Shown: positions 37,578-46,573 of the stretch, one piece after another
Position numbering within the stretch: the first letter of the stretch is position 1
Layout of the letters: the number at the start of each line of letters is the position of its first letter
Source: Prevotellaceae bacterium
GTDB lineage: Bacteria > Bacteroidota > Bacteroidia > Bacteroidales > Bacteroidaceae
DNA: 46,573 bases
Direction: 5' to 3'
Assembly (NCBI GenBank): GCA_022508585.1
Contig: JAFLUU010000001.1
Location: forward strand, 1-46,573
The notes under the pieces: generated by a model
Databases searched by the model: none
The model's input: the letters and a program-made list of their open reading frames with translations, nothing else
Told to the model about the DNA's origin: nothing
Made by a program: the position numbers and the translations under genes

Positions 37578-38333
37578 ATGAGTGTTACATTTATTGCCGG
37601 CCCTTGCGTAATCGAGTCCGCCGAACTGCTTGACACGGTGGCTGCGGAGATTGCGCGTATCAACAAGACTTACGGCCTCGACATCATTTTCAAATCTTCG
37701 TTCGACAAGGCAAACCGCACCTCGCTCAAATCTTTCCGGGGGCCGGGCTTGGAGAAAGGCGTGCAGATGCTGGCCGACATTAAAGAGAAGTATGGGCTGC
37801 GTATCCTGACGGATATACACGAGGCGTGGCAGGCAGAGCCCGTCAGCGAGGTGGCTGATGTGCTGCAGATACCGGCTTTTCTCTGCCGCCAGACCGATCT
37901 GCTCGTAGCTGCCGCCAAGACGGGACGCACAGTCAACATCAAGAAGGCGCAGTTCCTCAGCGGCAAGGATATGCAGTACCCTGTGGAAAAGACGCAGGCC
38001 GCCGGTGCCACCGAGGTGTGGCTTACGGAACGCGGCAACAGCTTCGGTTACAACAATTTCGTCGTTGACTTCCGCAACATTCCCGATATGCTGCAGTTCT
38101 CTCCCACCGTGATAATGGACTGCACCCACTCTGTGCAGCGCCCCGGGGCGGGCAATGGATTTACCGGCGGCGACCGACAGTTTATCCCTGCTATGGCGTT
38201 GGCGGCCAAGGCATTCGGCGCCACAGGCTACTTCTTTGAAACACACCCCGACCCTTCCGCTGCTCTCAGCGACGGCACTAACATGTTGCCCCTCGACCAG
38301 TTTGAGGGTGTGGTCAGGAGTTTATTGGACTAA
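37578..38333 (+). CDS. kdsA: 3-deoxy-8-phosphooctulonate (KDO-8-P) synthase
   Basis: FIAGPCVIES, FKSSFDKANRTS, QIPAFLCRQTDL and DCTHSVQ are present. I chose the start MSVTF (ATG at 37578-37580) rather than the ORF-track start, which overlaps the upstream gene. Confidence 0.9.
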   Translation: MSVTFIAGPCVIESAELLDTVAAEIARINKTYGLDIIFKSSFDKANRTSLKSFRGPGLEKGVQMLADIKEKYGLRILTDIHEAWQAEPVSEVADVLQIPAFLCRQTDLLVAAAKTGRTVNIKKAQFLSGKDMQYPVEKTQAAGATEVWLTERGNSFGYNNFVVDFRNIPDMLQFSPTVIMDCTHSVQRPGAGNGFTGGDRQFIPAMALAAKAFGATGYFFETHPDPSAALSDGTNMLPLDQFEGVVRSLLD

Positions 38334-38345
38334 CTTGCTATAACT

Positions 38346-39290
38346 ATGTGGAACGAAACTGCCATAAAATGCCTCCGCGACGAGGCGCAGGCTCTGCTCG
38401 ACCTTATACCGAAACTCAACACTGATTTCGACCGCGCTATCGACCTTATCCTCGCCTGCAAGGGCAAGGTTATCATAACCGGTGTGGGAAAGAGCGGCCA
38501 TATCGGCGCAAAGATTGCCGCCACCTTGAGTAGCACCGGCACGCCCAGCTTCTATGTCAACCCTCTCGACCTTTATCACGGAGATCTCGGGGTTATCAGC
38601 GACGACGATGTGGTTATCGCTATCAGCAACTCCGGTTATACCGACGAGCTGCTGCGTATCGTTCCCTCGCTCAACGAACGCCAAATTCCGATCATCGGAA
38701 TGAGCGGCAATCCCGACTCTTTGCTTGCGCAGAACTCGTTTGCGCACCTAAACATCGCCGTTGAGCGCGAGGCCGACCCGCTAAACCTCGCCCCCACCTC
38801 CTCCACCACCGCCACGCTGGCCATGGGTGATGCTATCGCCTGCTGTTTGGTCAAGGCGCGCGGCTTCCGTGAAACGGACTTCGCGCAATTCCACCCTGGC
38901 GGCATGTTGGGAAAACGCCTGCTCACAAAAGCGAGCGATGTGATGCACACTCAAGAACTGCCTATAGTGAGTCTGACCACTCCCCTGCCCGAAGCGGTAA
39001 CGATTATCAGCCAAGGCCGCCTTGGCATCTGCATTGCTATCGACAATGAGCAGATTTGCGGCATCATTACCGACGGAGATATTCGCCGCGCGATGCAACA
39101 CTCCAAGGCCGAGTTCTTCTCGCTCAAAGTGGAGGACATAATGACCCGTGCCCCCAAGATTGTGCCGCCCACGATGAAGATTGCGGAAATCGACCGCATT
39201 CTGAACAACAATAAAATCCACTGTGTCCTCGTTGCCGACGAGAATAATCACTTGCTCGGCGTGGTGGACTCTTTCAGCACCGTGATATAA
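38346..39290 (+). CDS. kdsD: Arabinose-5-phosphate isomerase (KpsF/GutQ family; SIS plus tandem CBS domains)
   Basis: The SIS motif GVGKSGHIGAKIAATLSSTGTPS and C-terminal CBS pairs are present. The gene is adjacent to kdsA. Confidence 0.88.
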   Translation: MWNETAIKCLRDEAQALLDLIPKLNTDFDRAIDLILACKGKVIITGVGKSGHIGAKIAATLSSTGTPSFYVNPLDLYHGDLGVISDDDVVIAISNSGYTDELLRIVPSLNERQIPIIGMSGNPDSLLAQNSFAHLNIAVEREADPLNLAPTSSTTATLAMGDAIACCLVKARGFRETDFAQFHPGGMLGKRLLTKASDVMHTQELPIVSLTTPLPEAVTIISQGRLGICIAIDNEQICGIITDGDIRRAMQHSKAEFFSLKVEDIMTRAPKIVPPTMKIAEIDRILNNNKIHCVLVADENNHLLGVVDSFSTVI

Positions 39291-39294
39291 AGCA

Positions 39295-40599
39295 ATGCGC
39301 ATGAACTATAGATTTAAGGCATGGCTCTGCAGCAAGCGGTGGACATCTATAATAATGTTCGCGTGCGTACCTTATATATATATAAGCGCGCAAGGCATCG
39401 AGGCGATGCGGCAAGCAGTGGAGGCAGAGGGGGCAAAATTCAGCGACAACAACAGTGTTGTCTTTTTCAGCAGCGGAAAGGATAAATTCAAGGACTTATT
39501 TCAAGCCGTGCGCGAGGCTAAGGAAACTATCCACATGGAATACTTCAACTTCCGCGACGATTCCATAGCCAACACCCTCTTTGACAGCCTCGCCGTCAAG
39601 GTCAGGGAGGGCGTGAAGGTGCGACTGCTCTACGACGCCTTCGGAAACAGCAGCAACGACCAGCCAATCCGCTCCAAGAGGCTCAAAGAAATACGCGCCA
39701 CCGGCATTGAAATCTACGAGTTCGACCCGATTAAATTTCCATGGGTTAATCATATCATTCCCCGCGACCATCGCAAAATAGTAGTAATCGACGGAAAGTC
39801 CGCTTACAGCGGCGGCATGAATGTGGCCGACTATTATATTGTCGGCAAGCCTGAATTCGGGGGCTGGCATGACCTTCACTACCGCATTGAGGGTGATGCT
39901 GTGGGCGAATACCAGAAAATCTTTCTGCGCGCGTGGAAATGGACTACCGGCGAAGACATTAGCGGCTCCGAGCTATACCCAGGGCTCAGTTTACCCGAGA
40001 ATAAATTGCCCAATCTCGCCACGGATGACACTCCCACCGCAGGACATAAAGAGATTGCCATCATCAATCGCGAGCCGCGCACTACTCCAAAGATTATCCG
40101 TCGCACTTTCCTGCACTGCATCGACAATGCGCAGCACCGTATCATGCTTATCAATCCATACTTCACTCTTAACCACACGATTGTCAAAGCTATCAAGCGT
40201 GCTATAGCGCGTGGGGTGGATGTGCAGATTATGGTGTCTGACAAGAGCGACATTCCTATCACGCCCAACATCGTTGACTACCAGGCGCACCGCTTAATGA
40301 AAGCCGGCGCCAAGGTTTATTATTACACCGGCGGCTTTCATCACTCCAAGATTATGATGATTGACGGTGAGTGGAGCTATGCAGGCTCTGCCAACCTCGA
40401 TAACCGCAGCCTGCGGTGTGATTACGAAGTCAACGCCCTTATTCTCGACCCCTACTCCACCGCGCAGCTTGAGGCCATCTTTACCCGCGACCGCGATAAC
40501 CATTGTTTCCTGCTCACGCCGGAGAGATGGAAAGCGATGCCGCGCTCACGACACCGCGCCGCCTGGTTTTGGCATTTCCTGCTCACCCATTGGGTTTAA
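39295..40599 (+). CDS. cls: Phospholipase D family protein, cardiolipin synthase-like
   Basis: There are two HKD motifs (RDHRKIVVIDG..GGMN and FHHSKIMMIDG..GSANLDNRS) and an N-terminal hydrophobic segment. Confidence 0.8.
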   Translation: MRMNYRFKAWLCSKRWTSIIMFACVPYIYISAQGIEAMRQAVEAEGAKFSDNNSVVFFSSGKDKFKDLFQAVREAKETIHMEYFNFRDDSIANTLFDSLAVKVREGVKVRLLYDAFGNSSNDQPIRSKRLKEIRATGIEIYEFDPIKFPWVNHIIPRDHRKIVVIDGKSAYSGGMNVADYYIVGKPEFGGWHDLHYRIEGDAVGEYQKIFLRAWKWTTGEDISGSELYPGLSLPENKLPNLATDDTPTAGHKEIAIINREPRTTPKIIRRTFLHCIDNAQHRIMLINPYFTLNHTIVKAIKRAIARGVDVQIMVSDKSDIPITPNIVDYQAHRLMKAGAKVYYYTGGFHHSKIMMIDGEWSYAGSANLDNRSLRCDYEVNALILDPYSTAQLEAIFTRDRDNHCFLLTPERWKAMPRSRHRAAWFWHFLLTHWV

Positions 40600-40638
40600 A
40601 ATTTCCATATTTGATTTTATCTGCTTTTATAATGTGAT

Positions 40639-42582
40639 ATGCCACAGTGTAAATGTCATTGCCATTGCAAATGTAGTTCCGCCAGTCAGCAAGAACATCA
40701 CTCAACGGTGCGCGATAAGTTAGTGCAAATCATTGTATGCGCGCTCCTGCTTGCGGCGGCTATCATTGTTGAGAGGATCTATTGCCTCCAGATGTGGCAA
40801 CTGCTACTCATATACATTGTTCCTTATTTGATTGTCGGGCATGAGACACTCAAGGAGGCTGCCGAGGGCATTGCTCACGGCGAATTTTTCAGTGAGCATT
40901 TCTTAATGACCATCGCCACCCTCGGTGCTTTAACTATCGGCTTCCTGCCGCAAGGTGAGCCCGAGTTTGCCGAGGCCGTGTTCGTTATGCTGTTCTTTCA
41001 GGTCGGCGAACTGTTTGAGGGCTACGCTGAGGGGCAGAGTCGCAAGAGCATTGTCCACCTTATGAACATCCGTCCCGACACGGCCAATGTAGAGCGTGAA
41101 GGCGAGGTCGTTGCCGTCAGTCCCGAGCAGGTGCAAATAGGCGAAGTTGTAGTGGTACGCCCTGGCGAGAGAGTGCCCCTCGACGGCATTGTAGTGGAAG
41201 GCACCTCGCAGCTCAACACTATGGCTCTCACCGGTGAGAGCCTGCCACGAGAGGTGGCGGTAGGCGACGAAGTGCTCTCCGGTTGCATCAATATGCAGGG
41301 GCTACTGCGTGTGCGCACCACCAAAGCTGCAGCCGAGAGCACTGTTTCCAAAATTCTTGCCCTCGTAGAGAATGCCAGCGAACACAAATCCAAAAGCGAG
41401 ACATTCATCAGCCGTTTTGCGCGTATATATACTCCAATCGTAGTCTTTGCAGCCATTGCGCTGGCCTTTATTCCGCCGCTATTTGCCACCAATTACTTAG
41501 ACGCGATGACTATCTGGCTGCATCGTGCCTTAGTTTTTCTTATTGTCTCCTGTCCTTGTGCGCTTGTTATCTCTGTGCCACTCACTTTCTTCGGCGGAAT
41601 CGGCGGCGCTTCGCGCAAAGGGATACTTGTCAAGGGTGCGAATTTCCTTGACGCGCTGGCAAAAACAGAGACCGTCGTCTTTGACAAGACCGGTACGCTC
41701 ACTCATGGACATTTTGCTGTTACTGCCATTCATCCCGAGCAGATTGACGAACAACACCTGCTACATCTTGCTGCGCATGTGGAGCATTACTCCACCCACC
41801 CCATAGGAGCGGCTCTGCGCGAGGCATTTCCCAACGAAGCCACCGACGGTTGCCTCGTCAGCGAGGCGGAAGAGATAGCAGGTCATGGCATTCGTGCCAA
41901 AGTGGAAGACAAAATCGTCAGCGTTGGCAACACTAAGATGATGGAGCTTGTGGGAGCGCAATGGCACGAGTGTCATCACTGCGGCACTATCATTCATGTT
42001 GCCATTGACGGCGAATATGCCGGGCATATCGTCATCAATGATCAACTTAAGCCCGAAAGTACGAAAGCTATCAGGCAACTACGAGCCACAGGAGTGAGCA
42101 AAATCGTTATGCTCACCGGCGACCGCAAAGATGTGGCCGACAATGTTGCCCACGAGCTCGGCATTGACCAATGGCAAAGCGAGTTATTGCCAACCGACAA
42201 GGTGAAATACATGGAGCAACTGCTTGCCAATAAAGATAGGCGCGGCACTCTCGCTTTTGTTGGCGATGGTATCAACGATGCCCCCGTACTGGCGCGTGCC
42301 GATATAGGCATTGCTATGGGTGCGCTCGGCTCCGATGCCGCCATAGAGGCTGCTGATATAGTTTTGATGGACGACAATCCCGCCAAACTCCCTACTGCAA
42401 TACGCATTGCCAAGCGAACGATAAATATTGCCAGGCAAAATGTTATCGGCGCCATCGGAATAAAAATCGCCGTCCTTATTCTGGCCACCTTCGGCATCGC
42501 ATCTATGACTCTCGCCGTCTTTGCCGATGTCGGCGTAACTATTTTGGCCGTTTTAAATGCTACCAGAGCATTGAAAACCTAA
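40639..42582 (+). CDS. Heavy-metal translocating P1B-type ATPase (Cd/Zn/Co-type) with a Cys/His-rich N-terminus
   Basis: The transmembrane CPC motif (SCPCALVIS), the phosphorylation site DKTGTLT, the TGES-like LTGESLP and GDGINDAP are present. The N-terminus reads MPQCKCHCHCKCSS..EHHS. Confidence 0.9.
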   Translation: MPQCKCHCHCKCSSASQQEHHSTVRDKLVQIIVCALLLAAAIIVERIYCLQMWQLLLIYIVPYLIVGHETLKEAAEGIAHGEFFSEHFLMTIATLGALTIGFLPQGEPEFAEAVFVMLFFQVGELFEGYAEGQSRKSIVHLMNIRPDTANVEREGEVVAVSPEQVQIGEVVVVRPGERVPLDGIVVEGTSQLNTMALTGESLPREVAVGDEVLSGCINMQGLLRVRTTKAAAESTVSKILALVENASEHKSKSETFISRFARIYTPIVVFAAIALAFIPPLFATNYLDAMTIWLHRALVFLIVSCPCALVISVPLTFFGGIGGASRKGILVKGANFLDALAKTETVVFDKTGTLTHGHFAVTAIHPEQIDEQHLLHLAAHVEHYSTHPIGAALREAFPNEATDGCLVSEAEEIAGHGIRAKVEDKIVSVGNTKMMELVGAQWHECHHCGTIIHVAIDGEYAGHIVINDQLKPESTKAIRQLRATGVSKIVMLTGDRKDVADNVAHELGIDQWQSELLPTDKVKYMEQLLANKDRRGTLAFVGDGINDAPVLARADIGIAMGALGSDAAIEAADIVLMDDNPAKLPTAIRIAKRTINIARQNVIGAIGIKIAVLILATFGIASMTLAVFADVGVTILAVLNATRALKT

Positions 42583-42648
42583 TATCTTACCAAGTCAATG
42601 CAAAAACACAAACAGCTATTCTGACAGCAAAACAAGTCACGTCCTATC

Positions 42649-44172
42649 TTAATCTTTCTCTTTAACCTTATTCAAAAGACCTTGTAGGCGACGTACTTCA
42701 TCCGGATATGCTTCCGCCTGATTTTTACGTTCTCCGTTATCTGTCTTTAGATTATATAACTGCGGAGCAGGTAGATAACCCGTCTCTATACCGGTCAGCC
42801 ATGCCACCTTCGAACCATTGCTCGGAGTAATATACTTCCATTCTCCATCGAAGATAGATAAGGTATGATCAGCAGCTTGCTCCACAACGAAAGGCCGTGA
42901 GGTATCCTCTTGACCAAGCCATGTAGCCAAAAAATTTCTGCTATCAGGTGCTGTACCTTTGGGCAATGTTGCACCAAGCAGAGAACCTAACGAAACAAAA
43001 TCATCTATATGCGACACCAATGCATCGCTAACTTTTCCTTTAGGTGTATGCCCCGGCCAGCAAACAATGAACGGAACAGCGGTACCGCCCTCAAATGCAC
43101 TGTATTTGCCACCTCTAAACGGCCCTGCAGGAGTATGACTGCCGACCAGTTCGACCGCACGATCCATATAGCCATCGTCAAGCACAGGGCCATTGTCGCT
43201 GGTTAAAATAATGAGAGTATTATCCGTCAGTTTAAGCCTCTTAAGCGCCTTGAGTATTTGTCCTACAGTCCAATCAAATTGCATAATGGCCTCGCCGCGC
43301 AGTCCCATAGGATTTTTACCGCGGAAACGTTCGTGCGGAAAACGAGGAACGTGAACATCATTGGTACACAAATACATGAAAAAAGGATTTTTCCTGTTCT
43401 TCTCAATAAAAGCTACGGCTTTAGCAGCAATAGAGTCAGCAATATTCTCATCTTTCCATAGTGCCTTACCACCACCTTTCATATAGCCGATGCGTGAGAT
43501 GCCATTCACAATGCTTTGGTCATGCCCATGATTAGGACTAGGCTTGAGATTGTAAAGTAACTCCGGATTATCCTTTCCCGTAGGCTCGCCGTCAAAGTTT
43601 GTCATATAACTAACCTCTATCGGAGCTGACGGATCGTAATTAGCCACACGTCCATTCTCTATAAAGACGCAGGGCACCCGATCAGCCGTGGCTGCCATAA
43701 TATATGAATAGTCAAAACCGATGTCTCCTAAGGCCATAGGTAACGGAGCGTTCCAATCCTGCTCTGCACCTTTATCGCCAAGGCCCAAATGCCATTTCCC
43801 CACAGCAGCAGTAGTGTAGCCTTCGCTTTTAAACATATCGGCAAGCGTATAGCACTCCGGACGAATAATCATTCCGGCATCTCCGCGTGCAATATCAGTC
43901 CCATTACGCCTCCAGGCATACTCGCCGGTCAGCAGGGAGTAGCGTGAAGGTGTGCTGGTTGCTGCCACTGCATGAGCATTAGTGAAACGAACACCTTGCG
44001 CAGCCAAATTATCCACATTCGGAGTCAGAACACGATCAGCACCATAGCAAGACAAGTCACCATAGCCAAGATCGTCAGCCACCAATAATATCACATTTGG
44101 AGCTTTCTTTTCGTCAGCCATAGCCATCAATGCAGGCAGAGCACAAATCGAAGTCGCAAGCAGTTTTTTCAT
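42649..44172 (-). CDS. Sulfatase family protein (arylsulfatase-like, Ser-type active site)
   Basis: The start MKKLLATS has a signal peptide. LLVADDLGYGD is present. The active-site motif is S-T-P-S-R (ATSTPSRYSLLTG), which is Ser-type rather than Cys-type. The ORF-track start 44220 is probably too far upstream. Confidence 0.85.
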   Translation of the reverse strand: MKKLLATSICALPALMAMADEKKAPNVILLVADDLGYGDLSCYGADRVLTPNVDNLAAQGVRFTNAHAVAATSTPSRYSLLTGEYAWRRNGTDIARGDAGMIIRPECYTLADMFKSEGYTTAAVGKWHLGLGDKGAEQDWNAPLPMALGDIGFDYSYIMAATADRVPCVFIENGRVANYDPSAPIEVSYMTNFDGEPTGKDNPELLYNLKPSPNHGHDQSIVNGISRIGYMKGGGKALWKDENIADSIAAKAVAFIEKNRKNPFFMYLCTNDVHVPRFPHERFRGKNPMGLRGEAIMQFDWTVGQILKALKRLKLTDNTLIILTSDNGPVLDDGYMDRAVELVGSHTPAGPFRGGKYSAFEGGTAVPFIVCWPGHTPKGKVSDALVSHIDDFVSLGSLLGATLPKGTAPDSRNFLATWLGQEDTSRPFVVEQAADHTLSIFDGEWKYITPSNGSKVAWLTGIETGYLPAPQLYNLKTDNGERKNQAEAYPDEVRRLQGLLNKVKEKD

Positions 44173-44213
44173 CGTTAAGTTGTTGCTATAAAAACAACGA
44201 AATTCATTTTTGT

Positions 44214-46114
44214 TTACCAAATATCTTCAGGTTCTGCACCACTATATACCCACTTAGGAGCCCACTCGAGGTAATTCCAAAGGAATGAGAGGTTAGTGTT
44301 TTCCAGAACAGATTTAACGCGTATATACCACACATCATCGGGGCTAATCGTACCTTGACAAACAATCTTACGCATACGAAGGTGCCAGCATAACGAGTAG
44401 TGTTACGCATAGAGTCCGTTATCACAGTACCACCAGCATTTTTGATACCATCGTGGAAAGGAGGTTTCATGTAACCATGATTACGCAGCACCTTATCGTT
44501 CTCGTAATTGTGATCCCAGTCTTCGGTGTCCTGTTCCCAACCAATATTGGAGTTAGCATAGTTCTGACGCAAGTCAAGAGGCAGACCAATAGGCTGCAAG
44601 TTGTCGGGATTAGTACCCAGATAGAGCTGAGCCATGCCAAACGAGGTGTTAGTCGGAGCCGCTATACGCAATTCATAGGTGCCATGATAAGGCACAGGCG
44701 GCAGACGAAGTACCATGTCGTACTGACCACGCACGTTATGCTCATCGCCCTGATAATTGTCTACCGTGGAGGAATAATAAGACATATACCAATATTTGCA
44801 AGCCTCACTGGTACTCATAGTACTGAAATAGCCAGCGGGGAATGGATGCGACTGGTTGTCAGAGATGAGACGATAACCATTAGTCATCAGTTTAGGCAGT
44901 AGCGAACTAACGTTCCAACGCAGACGTTCGTTGAGCACGGTGTTTGGCACGTCATCATCATAGATGAGAATATCATCAATTGCATAATAGAAACCATTGA
45001 GTGCATTGCTGACGTAGCCCTTGTTGCTCTCTTGGATTAAGATACCAGGACGATCCACATCATATTCTTCAAAAAACTCGCCAATCGACACATAAGTGCG
45101 ATACTTGCAGTGGCGGTTAATGCGCTTGCCATCAGTCTGCTTACCCTCGGTTAATTTGATAAGGCGACGATGACTGGTACACATTGTCTCGTAGTACTCG
45201 AAGCAGTCGATGGAAAGTTGGGAGGGGTTGTTGTAAGCATACCCCATCTCAGCGTGATGAATCACGAGCTTGTCAAGCGTGAGGCGCTCTGGCAGGAGGT
45301 GATAACTCACAAACTGGTTAACAGCATTTTCTTCGCTGGTGAGATTAGCGTCAGTAGCATTGGGATAAGCCTTAGCGCATTTCTCTTTGATTGCCTTCAA
45401 TATCTCAGCACCATTGTAGCCACCTCGGGCTCGGAAACAACCCATTTAATAACGAATATACTATCAAACTCTACAACAGCGGTGTAGCCAATGTAACGAC
45501 GCCGGATATGGATATGTATTACCATTGATATCCGTACCATTCTCCTCATGATTTTGCTCATAATCCTCGTCGCGGTACTATTCCATATTCTTGTCCCAGC
45601 CAATCTGACGCAACAAGTAAGCAAAGATTTTCATGTTAGGTGTTTGCTCAATGAGATCGGGCAAATAAGCATTAGACATCTGTAATACTCCATCAATGCC
45701 ATGCACCAACCATAAAGTCGGTAGTGAGGTACGCATTCTTAGTGCCGTTGTCAATGATAGCGTTACGTGCAATGTCTTGCGCCACCGAATCGGACAATTG
45801 AGTTATGTCGTAGTCCTTAGTGAGAAAGATAGAGTCCAGATAGTGGTGCAGAGTCTCGTTGGTAGGAGCAAACACAGTGTAATTACCGCGAGTAGAGAGC
45901 AACTGAGAGATAGTAGACTCGCTTCGCAGGCTCAGTATTACCTTAGAGCAGATGTAAGCAAAGTCAGTGTAGTTTTCCGATTCCTCAAGATAGGAGGTAA
46001 TGGTGCTACCCGTGAAAGTGTAGAGATCCGACTCGTCCACCTACTAGTCAGCAAGGCAGAGACAGTTAACAACAACGCAAAAATACGCCAACATTGTGAT
46101 TGTATCATTTTCAT
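44214..46114 (-). pseudogene. Decayed gene for a secreted fasciclin (FAS1)-domain protein with a large C-terminal domain, carrying at least 5 frameshifts and 1 in-frame stop
   Basis: The coding signal hops frames. The signal peptide MKMIQSQCWRIFALLLTVSALL starts at 46114. The FAS1 block (GNYTVFAPTNETLHHYL) lies at 45693-46040. GIDGVLQMSNAYLPDLIEQTPNMKIF ends at an in-frame TAG at 45578. Further shifts occur near 45505, 45430 and 44375. A plausible true C-terminus, RMRKIVCQGTISPDDVWYIRVKSV..EPEDIW, ends at the TAA at 44214. Confidence 0.7.
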
Positions 46115-46202
46115 AATCTTTAGTTTTGTTCAGCTTGTTATATATTATAACATATGGTACTGGTACGCGCACACGCGAGACCATACTTAGGTATTTGCAA
46201 TG

Positions 46203-46210
46203 CAAAATTA
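46203..46210 (-). promoter_or_regulatory. -7 promoter box (TAATTTTG on the minus strand) upstream of the decayed fasciclin gene
   Basis: TAnnTTTG match, 89 nt upstream of the ATG at 46114. Confidence 0.4.
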
Positions 46211-46422
46211 GCAAAGATTTTCCCAAAATCATACAAACAACTTGCTTTTTTTACATTATTTATGCAAAATATTACTATAAAAATTTGACTATTTGTATAA
46301 AATCTAAGGTTTTTACTAAGGTATATCTTGAAGATAAAACCTTAATTACTAACTAAAAACAACAAACTATGAAGAAAATCTTATCTTCTTGCAGTTATTG
46401 ATGACGTTAAATCTTCAAATAA

Positions 46423-46557
46423 CAGCAAGACACTTCCGCAAATGAGGGGGACTACAGCAAACAGCACCGTAGCTTACTAGACCTACAGGGCTGCCGAGTA
46501 GCAGCTCCGCAGAAAGGACAGCTTTACATCGTCAATGGTAAGAAAGTTCTTTACTAA
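46423..46557 (+). pseudogene. Orphan remnant of a T9SS C-terminal sorting domain (44 codons, no start codon)
   Basis: The translation ..LLDLQGCRVAAPQKGQLYIVNGKKVLY* matches the last strands of T9SS type A C-terminal domains. A stop lies immediately upstream in frame. A 10-codon signal-peptide-like stub (MKKILSSCSY*) lies at 46369-46401. Confidence 0.5.
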
Positions 46558-46573
46558 TCAATAAAACAACTGA

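Noticed and set aside
44214-46114. The frameshifts in the fasciclin-family gene as programmed frameshifting or recoding.
   Set aside because: About six lesions of different kinds (+1, -1 and a nonsense codon) are scattered over 1.9 kb with no shared slippery motif. That pattern fits decay, or local sequence error, and not recoding.

Overview
The window is a 46.6-kb chromosomal segment from a Bacteroidota (Bacteroidales-like) genome. Three things support that call: many intergenic TAnnTTTG -7 promoter boxes 20-60 nt upstream of starts, no obvious Shine-Dalgarno sequences, and type IX secretion genes porU and porV with cargo carrying C-terminal sorting domains. Most of the window is housekeeping. 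Calls include mltG, N-carbamoylputrescine amidase, dapF, dapL, glutamine synthetase type III, dnaA, tRNA-Asp, recR, engB, dedA, glnS, rubrerythrin, aquaporin, ispF, kdsA, kdsD, cardiolipin synthase, a P-type metal ATPase and a Ser-type sulfatase. Three things stand out. (1) A tightly coupled two-gene, GC-rich restriction-modification-like or defence module at 12946-17935 is wedged between dnaA and tRNA-Asp. It encodes a 1322-aa single polypeptide with T5orf172/GIY-YIG-like, SF2 helicase, gamma-type N6-adenine methyltransferase and TRD regions, plus a 338-aa partner. The partner looks like a methyltransferase N-terminal half without the NPPY catalytic motif and ends in a 4-Cys cluster. The large ORF has a sharp internal GC break, roughly 58% to 30%, just before its NPPY/TRD module. 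(2) A ~300-bp composite palindromic intergenic repeat family is present in three full copies and one partial copy. Its core holds four TTCTTATAAGAA-like palindromes spaced exactly 22 bp apart in every full copy. The arms are built from ~21-bp degenerate repeats, and one copy has its core inverted relative to its arms. (3) A decayed locus at the right end holds a fasciclin-family gene with about 6 lesions and a T9SS C-terminal-domain remnant. All calls come from reading the sequence and translations by eye. No database search was run.
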